Notes under the pieces: model-generated | Told to the model about the DNA's origin: nothing | What the model saw: the letters and a program-made list of their open reading frames with translations, nothing else | The model's database searches: none | Shown: one piece after another, positions 10,601 through 22,440 of the stretch | Layout of the letters: every line of letters starts with the position of its first letter | Position numbering within the stretch: position 1 is the stretch's first letter | Translations under genes and position numbers: made by a program | From: Asterias rubens | Lineage: Eukaryota | Reading direction: 5' to 3' | Assembly (NCBI RefSeq): GCF_902459465.1 | Contig: NC_047072.1 | Coordinates: forward strand, 16,554,001 to 16,618,000 | DNA length: 64,000 bases

Positions 10601-13600
10601 TCTAGCTTCTTATCCAAACTATTTTATTACCAGACACAAATACAATGGGTTGTTTTTAAATACAAAAAGTGTTCCGTAAGTTAGTTTCCCATTACCGTCA
10701 AATCAAATGTGTCATGGTGTTATTTCGTGTCATTCTTGCAAAGCGAAACAATAAAAAAAAAATTAAAACAAGGAACAGTAAACTGAGAGAAAACAACCAT
10801 TTTGATGTAAAAAAGTTAAAGTTTAAATCCAAGGAAATATTAACAGTTGAAATCGCTATTAGATTATGATATAACGCAGGAGTGTGGAACTGTGGACTAT
10901 TGGTAATCTATACCGTTTAATGATCTTGATGTTGCAACTATTTTTAATATTTGGCTACTACATACCTGAATCTTCTGGTTCTGTTTGCTGGTTATTCTTC
11001 CCAAACGTCCTGCACGAGTTGTGTTCGGATTTACCTTCATGTTGTTTTTGTTTTTATTCAATGAAACCGGCCATTGAGGTGACCACGTCCATTGGCTTCG
11101 TGAATGTTAGTGTGATGAAACGTTGTCTGTTTGCTGCTCAACCCACAACATGATCCACATCGCCATGGTGTAAAGCGCATACGCACAATTTTCGCGCGTT
11201 AACATTTCTCTTTATGACGCGACGAAGGAGTTGTGGTAGCGCTGCGCGCAACAGTATTCTACGCGTGCGTACACTGACTAACACGTCACAATCAAAATCC
11301 GTGATGAAACGCACTGTTCAAGGGTTCACCATAGATATAGAATTGGATTCACGTCGTCGCCGCGCGAACCATACGCACGCCCTTTATTTGTCCACCATGC
11401 GTGCAGTTAGAATTTGATGAGAAGGAATTTGCTTTTGTTTTAAGTAGGCCCACTTGTAACTAGTTTATTTAAACCGCAAACACAAAGGTAATAAATAAAA
11501 TTGAATCTTCAGCAGTCAGATAACACAACTGTTTTGCCTGCACCAATGTAGAACATCTCACTACATTTTTTGTTACTTGTCATCCCAAAATTTCATTCTT
11601 AGTCTGAAATTGAATTTTATACGTTGAATATGTTTTTGTGGCGGCCATTTTTCAAAACGGCCGTCATTGCGGTCATGTGACCTTTTCTAGGTGGCTTCCA
11701 ATTTTAAAACAACTGCTAAGTCATGGTTTTAAAACTCTGTCCACTTTTCATACTTGTCCGTCACAATTATTGTGTTCTGCAAATGAACATAATAATCATT
11801 ACTAACATTACAACATGATCGCATTATCATCTTTGATTAACCATTGATACATGTTTCTCTCGTTGTAGTATTTTGGTAACTTGGTCACTCAGGAATGGTG
11901 GGAGTATATGATCTTAAAGGAAGGAGGAGCATCTTATCTTGGGCTGACGAGTCTTCAAGTTGTTCAACCTACTTGGGAATACGTAAGACATTCATTGACT
12001 AACATATCATAGTCTCAGTTTATGGTAATGTTTCATCTACAGGCAAGCGATATCACACAGAATGCTTTAAATTAATTCCGAATTTATGTGCTAATAAAGT
12101 TTAGCTTTACTCTCATATCACCAAAGAAAACAGTTTTATAATATGACAGTTTGGCAGGTGTTTAGTTCTTTAATAAAAGTGTGCTCGAGGTGTTTAACTT
12201 TTTTTTAATGAAAGTTACTGCACTATAAAGAACACAAAGTGACGTGATTCATCAGATGGCAGAGTTAACTCTGATTATATGATTATATCTTTGTCAGGAC
12301 GATTTATTTGTGATAAATGAAGTGACTCCGGCTATGGCAAGTGATGCACAAATTAATGCTAGACCAATACAGAAAGAAGTCTCGACTCCGGCTGAGATAG
12401 CCGGTGGGTTTGGATCCAGCTCTTACGATAAGGTATGTACATTTATGATTTAAAAAAGGGCCTAGTCACACGAGACAATTTGCAGGCAACCAGGGCCATG
12501 GCAGCCGCTATGAGACAGGGCATCCACACCTGAATATTCAAGCTATTGGGGTGTTATCTAATACTGCAGAGGTTCCATATAACTTGTAAGATCCTTAGTC
12601 GGTTTTCTCTATTAGTAACCAACATACATTATTTTCTTGTAATTTGTTGCCAGTCACCAGCAGTACTGCGCATGTGTGAACACGTCATAGGAAAGCCGAC
12701 ATTCAAAAAAGGACTCACGGTAAGCCGTTCTCTTCACGTCACAGTCATTTTAACATCACGTGTTTAATTTTACAACTATTTCATCTCAAGTTTCTTATTG
12801 ACATCGTGGGCTTCTTAGGGCAGGGTCTCATATTGGTCAAAAAATAAAGAAGTTTTAATAAGAACAATTAAAATACAAAGGAAGGACAGAGAAACAGCAG
12901 GAACCCGAAATATTGCATAAAAGAAACAAAGTTCCCGTCTAAAGGCTCTCCTTTCCAGTTGCTCTTCAAAGATAAATGACTTTATTAGGTTGTACTATAA
13001 CTTTATGTTGTATTGCCTTAAAACACAGAAATACATGACAAGATACGCCTTTGGAACTGCAACAAACGATGATTTCTGGGAGTGCCTGCAAGAGGTAGGT
13101 CTACAAATAATGCTTCATATTATACATCATCCAAACATGAATATTCATGATCTGATTTGTTCACTCTTATAGGCAGGAAACAAAGATTGGTTGCTAGACA
13201 TCAATGTGAATGACTTCATGCATTCAAGGGTACTACGTCATCATTCCAATATGAATATTCAATATCTCGTTGTTTTATTCTCACTTATAGGCAGTTAACG
13301 AAGATGGGTTGTTAGATATCAATGTTAATAACCTTATGCATTCATGGGTACTTCAATCAGGATTCCCAGTTGTAAATCTAACGAGAAACTACGAGACTAC
13401 AGATGAGATCTCATTCACTGCCGAACAAAGCCGATTTTTACTGAACCAGGATGAGACAGACGATGCAAAGTAAGTTTATAAACAGCGCCACCCAGAGGCC
13501 AATACATGGCAGTGTTGTATAGCTCTTGGTTATGTTCAGTATTGCCCAATGACCATACACATCTCGTCAACCGTGTCATTGCAGAACACGATCACTCAGC

Positions 13601-16600
13601 AATCAAAAAAATGAATAAACATACAATAATACTAATAATTATTTGTTGTTGTGTTTTTCTCTGTCATAGTTCTCTTTGGATGATTCCATTAACATTTCGG
13701 ACAAATCTTTCACCGACAAACAGTGAACCTGTTTGGCTGAATGGTCATTCTGGTAAGTGGGGAATTTGTTACTTAGCAAATATACAGGATGAACATCTAG
13801 CGGTTCGCTTCAAAACTTACATGAAAAGACAACACAGACAGTTTTTCCTTTTGGCAATAACGATCCAACCAATACCTCGTTTGCATATTCCAAGATTTAA
13901 AGAATATGCAAGCGATACGTAAACAAGAAAATGTGACACAGAAAAGAATAATGATGTAGATTCTACCGTGGCATGAAAACTGGCATGAAAAATGACACGA
14001 AAGTGGACAGTTTTTATTTTGGGCATTTATGATTCAACTTTGACCTCATTTACATATGCCTAAATTGCAAGATGTTTATAAGAATGCAGAAACAGTTGCA
14101 CTTGAACAAGAAAATGCGAAACAAATGCACCGCGCAAAAACGATTTTGAAATCCTGATGATAAAAACCAAAATTCCATTGCATTCCAAGAAATAAATAAA
14201 AAACGTAATCAAATGTAACTTCGCTTACCCCATATCCAAACAGTTGTGAGTCCTCACGTGATTACTGGGTCGAATGCTGATTGGCTGTTGATGAATCCAG
14301 ACCGTTTTGGTTTCTATCGAGTGAACTATGACGTCACCAACTGGGAGATTCTGAGTGGTCAGCTCATAGCCAATCATTCTGTAAGTATAAAAGGTTATGG
14401 TCATTAAATTAAAAAAAAATAGTTATGATACACATATTTAAGAGTGTCATTATAATATAAATAGTGGCTTCTTTAAAAGCGCTCATATTCGCCACTCAGT
14501 GACACTCAAGGCGCTACAAGCGCTCATATTCGCCACTCAGTGACACTCAAGGCGCTACAAGCGCTCATATTCGCCACTCAGTGACACTCAAGGCGCTACA
14601 AGCGCTCATATTCGCCACTCAGTGACACTCAAGGCGCTACAAGCGCTCATATTCGCCACTCAGTGACACTCAAGGCGCTACAAGCGCTCATATTCGCCAC
14701 TCAGTGACACTCAAGGCGCTACAAGCGCTCATATTCGCCACTCAGTGACACTCAAGGCGCTACAAGCGCTCATATTCGCCACTCAGTGACACTCAAGGCG
14801 CTACAAGCGCTCATATTCGCCACTCAGTGACACTCAAGGCGCTACAAGCGCTCATATTCGCCACTCAGTGACACTCAAGGCGCTACAAGCGCTCATATTC
14901 GCCACTCAGTGACACTCAAGGCGCTACAAGCGCTCATATTCGCCACTCAGTGACACTCAAGGCGCTACAACATTCAACATTTTCTCGCAAGGTCTTCAGA
15001 AGGAGCTAAGTATGAGACCTAATCTTTTTTAGGCTAAGCACCATATGATGGTTTACAAGGTGCTTCGGTGCAATATGCTGCCCATCAAACCAGGAACACC
15101 GTGGAGAACCCCTTCTCTTTACGATAAGTGCACTGGGTTCTTTTACGTGCGTTACACAGCACACGGGACCAACGACTTCACGTCCCATCCGAAGCATGCA
15201 GCCTTATGTTCTTAAAAGTGACTTGCAACCAGGACCCGAACCCACCATATGCTGACCAGATAAGCATCTTGAAAACAAGTGCTTTTCAGAAAGATATTAT
15301 TTGTATTTTTTCCCGATCACTTGCAGGTGTTTTCAGTAAGCAGTCGAGCCTCCCTAATCGACGACTCTTTCTCGTTGGCCAGAGCCGGTAATATCGGTTA
15401 TTCGATACCATTGGGAATCACACGATACTTAGCCAAAGAGATGGACTATGTCCCATGGTCAGCAACGAGTAACGTCATGGAGTATCTTGATAAATTGATG
15501 ATTACTTCGGGAGCTTATGGTTCATTTGTGGTTAGTCCAAACTGTTTTGTTTCTTTGTTTTGTGACGAGTAAATTTTAATCAATTTCTGTAAATTAATGT
15601 TAAGTTGTATAATGTTGTTTATGTTTAGACAATATTAAATGGAGTAGGACTTAAACAGGGCTATCAGGTTATATAATGATGGTTACCAATTAACAGAGGG
15701 CGCTATTTTCTTTTATTGCAGAAGTACATGAGGAATCAGATTACACCTTTGTACAACTCACTCGGTTGGGAGGATACCGGATTGCATCTACGCATGTAAG
15801 AGTTATAGGTTGTCTTTAAGTTGGTTAACCAAATCCAACATAGCAAAAGTACAATGTTGACTGCTGTGAACGCACTTTACGTCAGCAGCTGTGGCATCAT
15901 TACAATTGCACTGTTTCATAGAGCTGCTCAGCGGCCGAATTGTGCTTACTGTGCGATTTCCGTAACATGGCGCTGCTTACCGTAGCACGAGGGAGGGCAT
16001 GCTAACCTTCCGGCGCTTACTTCACGAAGATGAATGACGTCAAAATTATGCAAATCCCTTATGAACTTGCAAGATGGCCGCCTAATTTTCTTGCTAACAT
16101 GTGAAATAGGCTTACACCTTCGCAAATTTGTTAATGGGTTTAATCTCTTACCAATTTCTTTAAAATCTTAGTTGTGTATGTGGGGCCCTAATCCAGAAGT
16201 TGTCATTTTATCGCACGACTCATTTTCTTTAAATTATGTTTTGAAAAATGCTCACAATTTAAATTTTCAGAATGACACGTGGTATTGCCATTAGCAACGC
16301 CTGCAAGTACAATCTAGTAGATTGCCAGGAGAAAGCCTTGGCCCTCTATCGGACATGGATGGCCAATGAATCAGTCAATGCGTAAGTCTATGCACTTTGT
16401 TTTCAAATAATGTTTTCGTAAAAGTTAAAGCAACTCTTTTCTAACTGTTGCACTTCTAGTCAATGGCACTTAGTCATTGTCATAGACCAGTATTCTCATT
16501 TGGTGTATCCCAAGACATGAATTAAATATAAAGCTTGTGAAAATGTGACTCAATTTGTTATTGGAGTTGCAAGAGTTTAACGAAAAAAACATCCTTGTTC

Positions 16601-19600
16601 CACAAGTTTGTGTGCTTTCAGATGCCTAATAAAAGGCTTTAGGCCTGACGTCTTTTAAGTATTAAATTGAGAAATTACCTCTTAAAAAAAAATACTGCGT
16701 TAACTCAGTGGGAGCAGTTTCTCACCATGTTTTATACTATCAACAGCTCTCCATTGCTTGTATTATTTGAGTAATTACCAATAATGTCCGTCTATTGCTT
16801 TTAATACTGACTGATGAAGATATTAATAACCTTTGTTCGATACCTTGACTGTTTTTTCTTGTTTTTAGAATTCCTGTGAACCATAAGAAGACGGTATACT
16901 GTACTGCCATATCAATGGGACGTGGTGAAGAGTTTAGCTTCGCTCTGCAACATTATCTAAAGACACCAGACCCAAATGAGCGATCAATTCTTCTGGATTC
17001 TATGCCATGTACTCGACAGACTTGGGCGCTTAGCAGGTAAATTATACTAAGCATTGGGTGTTTGTAGGTAAATCTAGGCAGGTGTTTTGGCGCTTAGTAG
17101 GTAAATTCATTTTTTTTTTCATGCATCATCCACAGCAAAAGCGCAAAAAAAAAGATGGACAAAAAATTGTTAACTAACAATAAAATACTCTAAAAGAACA
17201 ATAATTACATGAACACACAACAAGCTCACGTGCTGGACGAAAATACCTTGGCTCACTCTGGGCAAGACGTTCCCCGGCTGGGCATGGGCTCCCAGCAGAG
17301 AACGTCTGGTAGATAAATTTAAAACTTGAACAAGTCAGAATAAAAAATTAGGTCAGATTTGGATGCTAGTAATACTAGGTAAAGGTTATGTTCTTGGCAG
17401 GTTTGGAGGGTTAGTAGGTAAATATCTTATACTTGGCAGCCTTGGGCGCTTACGCAATTTGTAAAACAACAACATTAAAACGACAAGTTTACTTGATGAT
17501 GCATACGTTATACGAAAATTGTTATTCTCAAACAAACCAACGAATAATTATCAATAACAACAATGACAAGAATGAGTTACGCAGAATATTAAATATTTAT
17601 AACTCAACCTTATGGCAGCAAAGCAGAAATGCATACAATTATTTTATGATGGTTATTAATATTGATTTAATCTTACTGTATTACACAGTATCTTCCTGAG
17701 TTCCCTTTTCACAGACCTCGGGGAAGTACTGGTTGTAAAATTCTAACATACATCCGTGTGTTTCTTATCCCCGATGCAAACTTAGTCTATAATTTTGGCA
17801 AAATCTAATAAATTTGAAAAAAATTCCCCTAAAAATTCACATTATTTAGCGAGAATAAAATCTCACCATTATTTTCGTTCAGATTTTGGATCTGAAATTG
17901 GGTCAATCTTTAACGTATCTTTGTAAGGTTTCTGCGCTATTTTTATTTCGTAGATTAAAGTCTGCAATAAGATTTCCCCTGGGGTAGTAATTTGCAGTCA
18001 ATAGTTGTGATGAAATGGTTTATTAAATTAAGATAAAACTGAATTGTATAATGGGATAATAAATAATGAGTTTAACGTAAGTTTCTGCCAAACTCTCGCA
18101 AGAGCATTTTTCCATATTATTATTTATTTATAATAATATTCGTTTTTATTTTTGACGCCATTCATTCTATATCCCCAAGCACGCTTGAAATTAATAGGAA
18201 GGCACGAAAGATTGTCAGCTTTTACAGATTGAGAGATAATGAATTCGTAGTCAGGTCTTGCAAGATATTTTGACAAGACTGGAGTAAGAAATCAACATTT
18301 AATGCAGTTTTGGCTGGTAACATGTTTCTACTAAGCGAATCTATCTGTGCGCGGCAACATGTTTTGCTTCCAGGCTTTATAAAACTGTGTCCTGTCGTCG
18401 ATTTCACCAAACTCTTCCTAACTTAGACGTAATCCTAGGACTTAGGACGAGTTAGGTTCCGTATTCGAAGACGTTAGGACGTAGGACTTAGGACGAGTTA
18501 GGTTCCGTATTCGAAGACGTTAGGACGCATTGAACCCATCCTAGTTAGGACGAGTTACTCGTCCTAACTCGTCCTAAGTTAGGACGAGTTACTTCGAGAT
18601 AGGATTAATCATAGCGTTTCGCGAAATCGGCTGCAGGTCACTAAAGAGATAGAGGTCACACGGAGTACAGATTTAAAATTGAGAAATAATTTCCTCATTT
18701 CTTTTATTCCAGTTTATTGTCTTATACATTGGATGCTGACGTGATTAAAGCTCAAGATGTTCCTCTCATCCTTGGTGACGTCGCTCATAATCCCATCGGT
18801 ACTTTACTTGCTTGGGACTTCTTCAGAGCAAATTATGACATCTTCCGAGAAAAGTAAGTAATGTTTCGAATTTTATGCATAAAAAAAACAAATCTGTGAA
18901 CATTTTGACTTAATAATTGGTCATCGATTTGCGGCAAGAGAATAATGAAAGAAAAAACACCCCTTTGCACAAAAAGTGTGCTTCAGACAATGTGTTATTC
19001 AACAGCTTTCCATTGCTCATAACCAATTTAATTTCTATGCTAACAATTTTGTTGAGTAATTGACAAAAGTGTCCAGTGCCTTTAAACCTTTACAACAAAT
19101 GTAATAGTTCTACAACGCCATTCTCATTTCGATGTTCTTGTATTTTGACTCTTGTATATTATACTTTAACTGCCTTTTTCTTCTTAACAGATTCGGGGGG
19201 AGCTTGTTTCAATTTTCAAAAATTATAAAAGCTGTGACGAAACCTCTTCATTCTGAATTTCATCTCCGACAGGTATAAAGACAGGTTTAGTTTTTTTGTT
19301 CATGTTTGGGACACTCAAATAAGGAAGTAACATATCTTCCACTCTATCAACTAAGATTTATTTGCTACACTTATTTTATGGAAACAAGTATAAGCAACAG
19401 AAGATGTTGCGCTGAAGACTTAATATGGTTTTACATATCAATCAATACGGCATCATTGGAAGCTAGCTGGACATTCTGTGAGGATCTAAAAAATATCACT
19501 GCCAGGGCCTAATTTCTTAAAATTTCACCTGTTCAGACAAGCCTCGCACAAGCCACAATCTGATTTTTCTCCCAGGGCTAGAGGCAGATACCGGCGCTCT

Positions 19601-19982
19601 AAAAAAATTGTCTTAATTATTACTAATATCTGGGAGCTAAGGTAGTATTACATCCAGAGTATAATTATTGGATTTAAAATCATCAACCTTCATAGGCTTG
19701 TTTGCATAAATTATATTATTTTTCGTTCTTTCTTCCTCTTTACCTAAGCTTCAGCCAATACCATTTTGCAGTGCATGCAATTAATTGCGCAATTAAAATT
19801 GAATGTTTGGTGTTATTATTTGTCTTCCCTTCAAGTTGGAGAAGTTTATGTCTGAACATCCCGATCAGGGAACCGGAGCCTCGGCATTCAAACAATCAGT
19901 GGAGGAAATAAAAACCAACATACGCTGGATGAAATCGTACTATGAGGGAGTGCGAGAGTGGTTGGAGGATGAGGTAGCTTGA
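1616..19982 (+). CDS. Aminopeptidase N-like M1 zinc metallopeptidase, type II membrane protein, 20 exons, 957 aa
   Basis: Phase-consistent GT-AG exons: 1616-1791, 3351-3791, 4320-4396, 5085-5281, 5836-5956, 6837-6991, 11869-11982, 12298-12432, 12654-12719, 13029-13094, 13291-13469, 13670-13752, 14244-14380, 15327-15530, 15722-15795, 16271-16381, 16869-17036, 18713-18853, 19191-19272, 19836-19982 (2874 nt). Motifs: N-terminal TM anchor, [52 protein letters not shown] (HEXXH-X18-E), [12 protein letters not shown]. Confidence 0.93.
6406..6783 (+). mobile_element. Kolobok-type MITE, family A
   Basis: TTAA on both sides; TIR AG(A/G)CAGTGGACAC..TTGGTAATT; internal hairpin. Confidence 0.85.
7718..11040 (-). 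CDS. Nested antisense gene in aminopeptidase intron 6, 5 exons, 376 aa; low-complexity basic protein with weak STMND1/stathmin-like segment
   Basis: Minus-strand exons 11040-10966, 10584-10149, 9600-9427, 8988-8828, 8002-7718 (1131 nt). All introns are GT-AG and the phases match (0,1,1,0). Start context is AACAAC-ATG; donors are GTATGT, GTATAA, GTAATC, GTAAGT; stop TAA at 7720-7718. Confidence 0.8.
8351..8728 (-). mobile_element. Kolobok-type MITE, family A
   Basis: 378 bp reverse copy of 6406-6783 with TTAA flanks and perfect TIRs AGGCAGTGGACACTATTGGTAATT. Confidence 0.88.
9175..9385 (+). repeat. Dispersed repeat family I
   Basis: Shares tagagctgct.agc and ggcatgctaaccttccgg.gcttac with 15915-16190; a more distant copy lies at 36938-37310. 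Confidence 0.6.
9691..10015 (+). mobile_element. Kolobok-type MITE, family B (diverged)
   Basis: Left TIR AGGCACTGGACACCTTTGGTAATTG, body homologous to the other copies, right end GTGTCC..TCT-TTAA. Confidence 0.75.
11041..11420 (-). promoter_or_regulatory. CpG-rich putative promoter/5' UTR of the nested gene
   Basis: Dense CG dinucleotides (gcgctgcgcgc, tacgcgtgcgtac, cgtcgtcgccgcgcg) immediately upstream of the nested ATG, in an otherwise CpG-poor intron. Confidence 0.5.
14445..15290 (-). mobile_element. tRNA-derived SINE-like element with tandemly amplified 3' tail
   Basis: On the minus strand: B-box-like gggttcgggtcc near 15240, a central domain shared with 57395-57560 and 23915-24150, then a LINE-like tail. 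Confidence 0.7.
14477..14968. repeat. Perfect tandem array, 12 x 41 bp (aagcgctcatattcgccactcagtgacactcaaggcgctac)
   Basis: Direct reading: period 41, no mismatch seen between units, no spacers. Confidence 0.97.
15915..16190 (+). repeat. Dispersed repeat family I
   Basis: Homologous to 9175-9385. Confidence 0.6.
16461..16804 (+). mobile_element. Kolobok-type MITE, family B (degenerate)
   Basis: Body motifs gaccagtattctca, gtgctttcagatgcc and caacagctctccattgct; TIRs eroded. Confidence 0.65.
18391..18637. mobile_element. MITE-like family H (ttaggac/gtcctaa-rich) with an internal ~45-bp tandem duplication
   Basis: Imperfect TIR cctg..g.cgatttc; related copies at about 8085-8220 and 46210-46490. 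Confidence 0.6.
18875..19081 (+). mobile_element. Kolobok-type MITE, family B (partial)
   Basis: Internal motifs plus right TIR gtgtccagtgcct-TTAA; left end missing. Confidence 0.65.
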
Positions 19983-21509
19983 GATGGTCCAATATAGTCT
20001 TGATTTGAGACGTTCACTTTGTTATCTTACTACCAATGGGGGACAATTGGGACGCTGGGTGGCAGCAGACATAATGGAATCCTGTCATGTCCCCATCCCT
20101 CTTATGGTAATGTTTGGACCCCCTTCGGACCCGTGTAAGGGATTCCAGCCCACTTCCGGGCAGAGCCCCTGCCTGCCAGGTCCCCCTTTCAGGGCCACTC
20201 TTCTATCAGGACACCCGCCCCCCCCCCCCCCCCCCCCCCCCAGTGAACAATGAATTACCATAGTTTTTTTCAAATAATACTTTCTACAAACGTCAAACAT
20301 TTATTCACTTTGAATACCCGCATTACCTCAAAAAAACAAATCCGTTCACCTTTTTTAATGCACCATTTTAAATCAAAACTTATTCGACGTGGTATTACTT
20401 TATGTAGTGCTCTGAATTACTCCTTCAAAAATTTACCGTTTTCTTCCGAATTTTTTTGTTAAAGCTGTAAAAAACACAACATTTCAATAAAAGAATTATA
20501 TTCTCTTCAAAAATTTATCAAAACTCGGCAAAAAAAAAAAACCCCAATCACATTTTCAATTTCTACCCTTGCTAAGGTTCATACTGAAGTTTTTAAGACT
20601 TATGTTTATAGTAGTTCATGTTTTTTGTCAAGTATATTGTTTGTTTATCGTCATGTGTTCTGTCTCAGTTTGTTTGTCAATAATATGAAGGGTACACAAG
20701 AATAGCTCTGCCCAAAATGTTGTCTTGCTGAATCATAAAATAAGATTTTATTTCGGTAATTTGATACAATTTAATGTTCAACTTTTGACCACATCACTGG
20801 GTATATTGTCGTACTCTTCATAATTTCTGTTAAATGAAATCATTAGAATCATGATTAGATGATCATAATGTTGTGTTAAGATCATGTGAATCATAGAGTC
20901 ATAAAACATAAAATTCTGTTCCTCATAGAATCACCGGGCCATCACGTAGATATTCCAAAAGCAAACAATCCTAAACACAGACGCCACATACCACGTTAGG
21001 TGTTGAATGAGGCAGCTTACATAAAAGCCTGTACAAACTTTCCCTGGACCGGAACGGGGCGGAACAAACTCCCACGTGTTCGCACGGCCATGGTTCATCC
21101 GGGTCACATTGATGACGAATACCGGATTTCAGTTAAACCTAATGGAAATTCCATTGTGATCAAGAGGTTAACAATAAATTGTACTTAAATTTTTTATTCA
21201 AAACATTTTCCTTATTAATGTAATGTGACTTGCTTTGTAAGGGTAATTGGTGGAATGAGGATGTTTTTGTGTGTACAGTATTTTGATGACGTAAATGAAA
21301 TAAATGGATACTCGGCCAGTCAAAAACATGTAGTTACTGTATGTACGATATCAATTAAGAGGGAGCACTATTTTTGTAAAAAAGAAGTTGTCCTCGAAAG
21401 ATCCAATAATAGTCAAACTTAGTCATATAAAATACACGACAATAAAATTAAAATGTATACCTTGCACAAAAATGTTAGTTATTATGATATATATGTTCAG
21501 CTGTAATTG

Positions 21510-21712
21510 TAGTCTCGGTGCAAGACGTTTCTCGTTTCCCTTTCACGCACACCGCGGCCAATTCACCGACAGCGCGCGCACACACCGACTCCCCACTCAC
21601 CGCCCCGGCGTTGAGTGGACTATATAAGTCAGGTGAGTCGGTGCGCGCGCTGTCGGTGAATTGGCCGCGGTGTGCGTGAAAGGGAAACGAGAAACGTCTT
21701 GCACCAAGACTA
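21510..21712. mobile_element. Fold-back non-autonomous DNA element, TAG...CTA termini, perfect 9-bp TSD (Academ- or Mutator-like)
   Basis: Arms of about 72 bp with one mismatch; ctgtaattg at 21501-21509 and 21713-21721. Confidence 0.85.
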
Positions 21713-22440
21713 CTGTAATTGTTGGCAACATTCGATTGATGTTGAAAATAAAGTCCAGAATTATTTTATGTGTTCGGCATAGTTTGCGTAAGGTCATGTG
21801 TATTTATTTTTATGTTATAAAACGCCCAGATATTGCTTTATCTTTGTTTCTCTAATCCATGAATGTTTTTGAAATTAAACTAAGCCATGCCAAATTACCA
21901 AAATTACAATTAAATGATAAAAAAACACATTAGTCATAAGTTTAAATAGCATTCACAATAAACAATTTCGCCAAGGTAGCTGTGTAAGGCACATTTCCAT
22001 CAAAAACCTGTTGTGCATAAATTATTACATCTTTTTAAAATTAGTAGCAAATTATTAAAATGAATTTGTATTTTAATGGGAGTAAAGCCTTTTGAATTTG
22101 ATACAAAACAAAACAGCTTAGCTTTTAAGTATCATTAGTTTGAAATCATAACGATAAAAATTTCATTCAAGGATGACAATAATTGAGTCGCTCTTTCACA
22201 CAACTTATTTAGAACAGGTAAGATTTATTGTGAGGATTGCATTCTAGAAAATGATTAGGTGTACAACGTGACGAGGTGTCTGAAGGTTCTTTGTCAATTA
22301 CAATTTATGTTGTTGATGTGGTTTTCTAATGGTATGAACAGTTAAGCTATAATAGTGTATACTTTGTACAAGGTGACTGGAGCGATCAAGAATATTTAGG
22401 TTATGTCATGTAATGTTCATCTGTGGAGGCCGTAACTTAA

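Noticed and set aside
13506-13922. 138-aa ORF
   Set aside because: It is aminopeptidase exon 12 plus flanking intron read-through.
14477-14968. CRISPR-like array
   Set aside because: Units are contiguous with no spacers, the context is eukaryotic, and the unit matches a SINE tail.
20218-20241. Poly-C run and proline/glycine-rich ORFs at 19984-20300
   Set aside because: A homopolymer in the 3' UTR explains the low-complexity translation.
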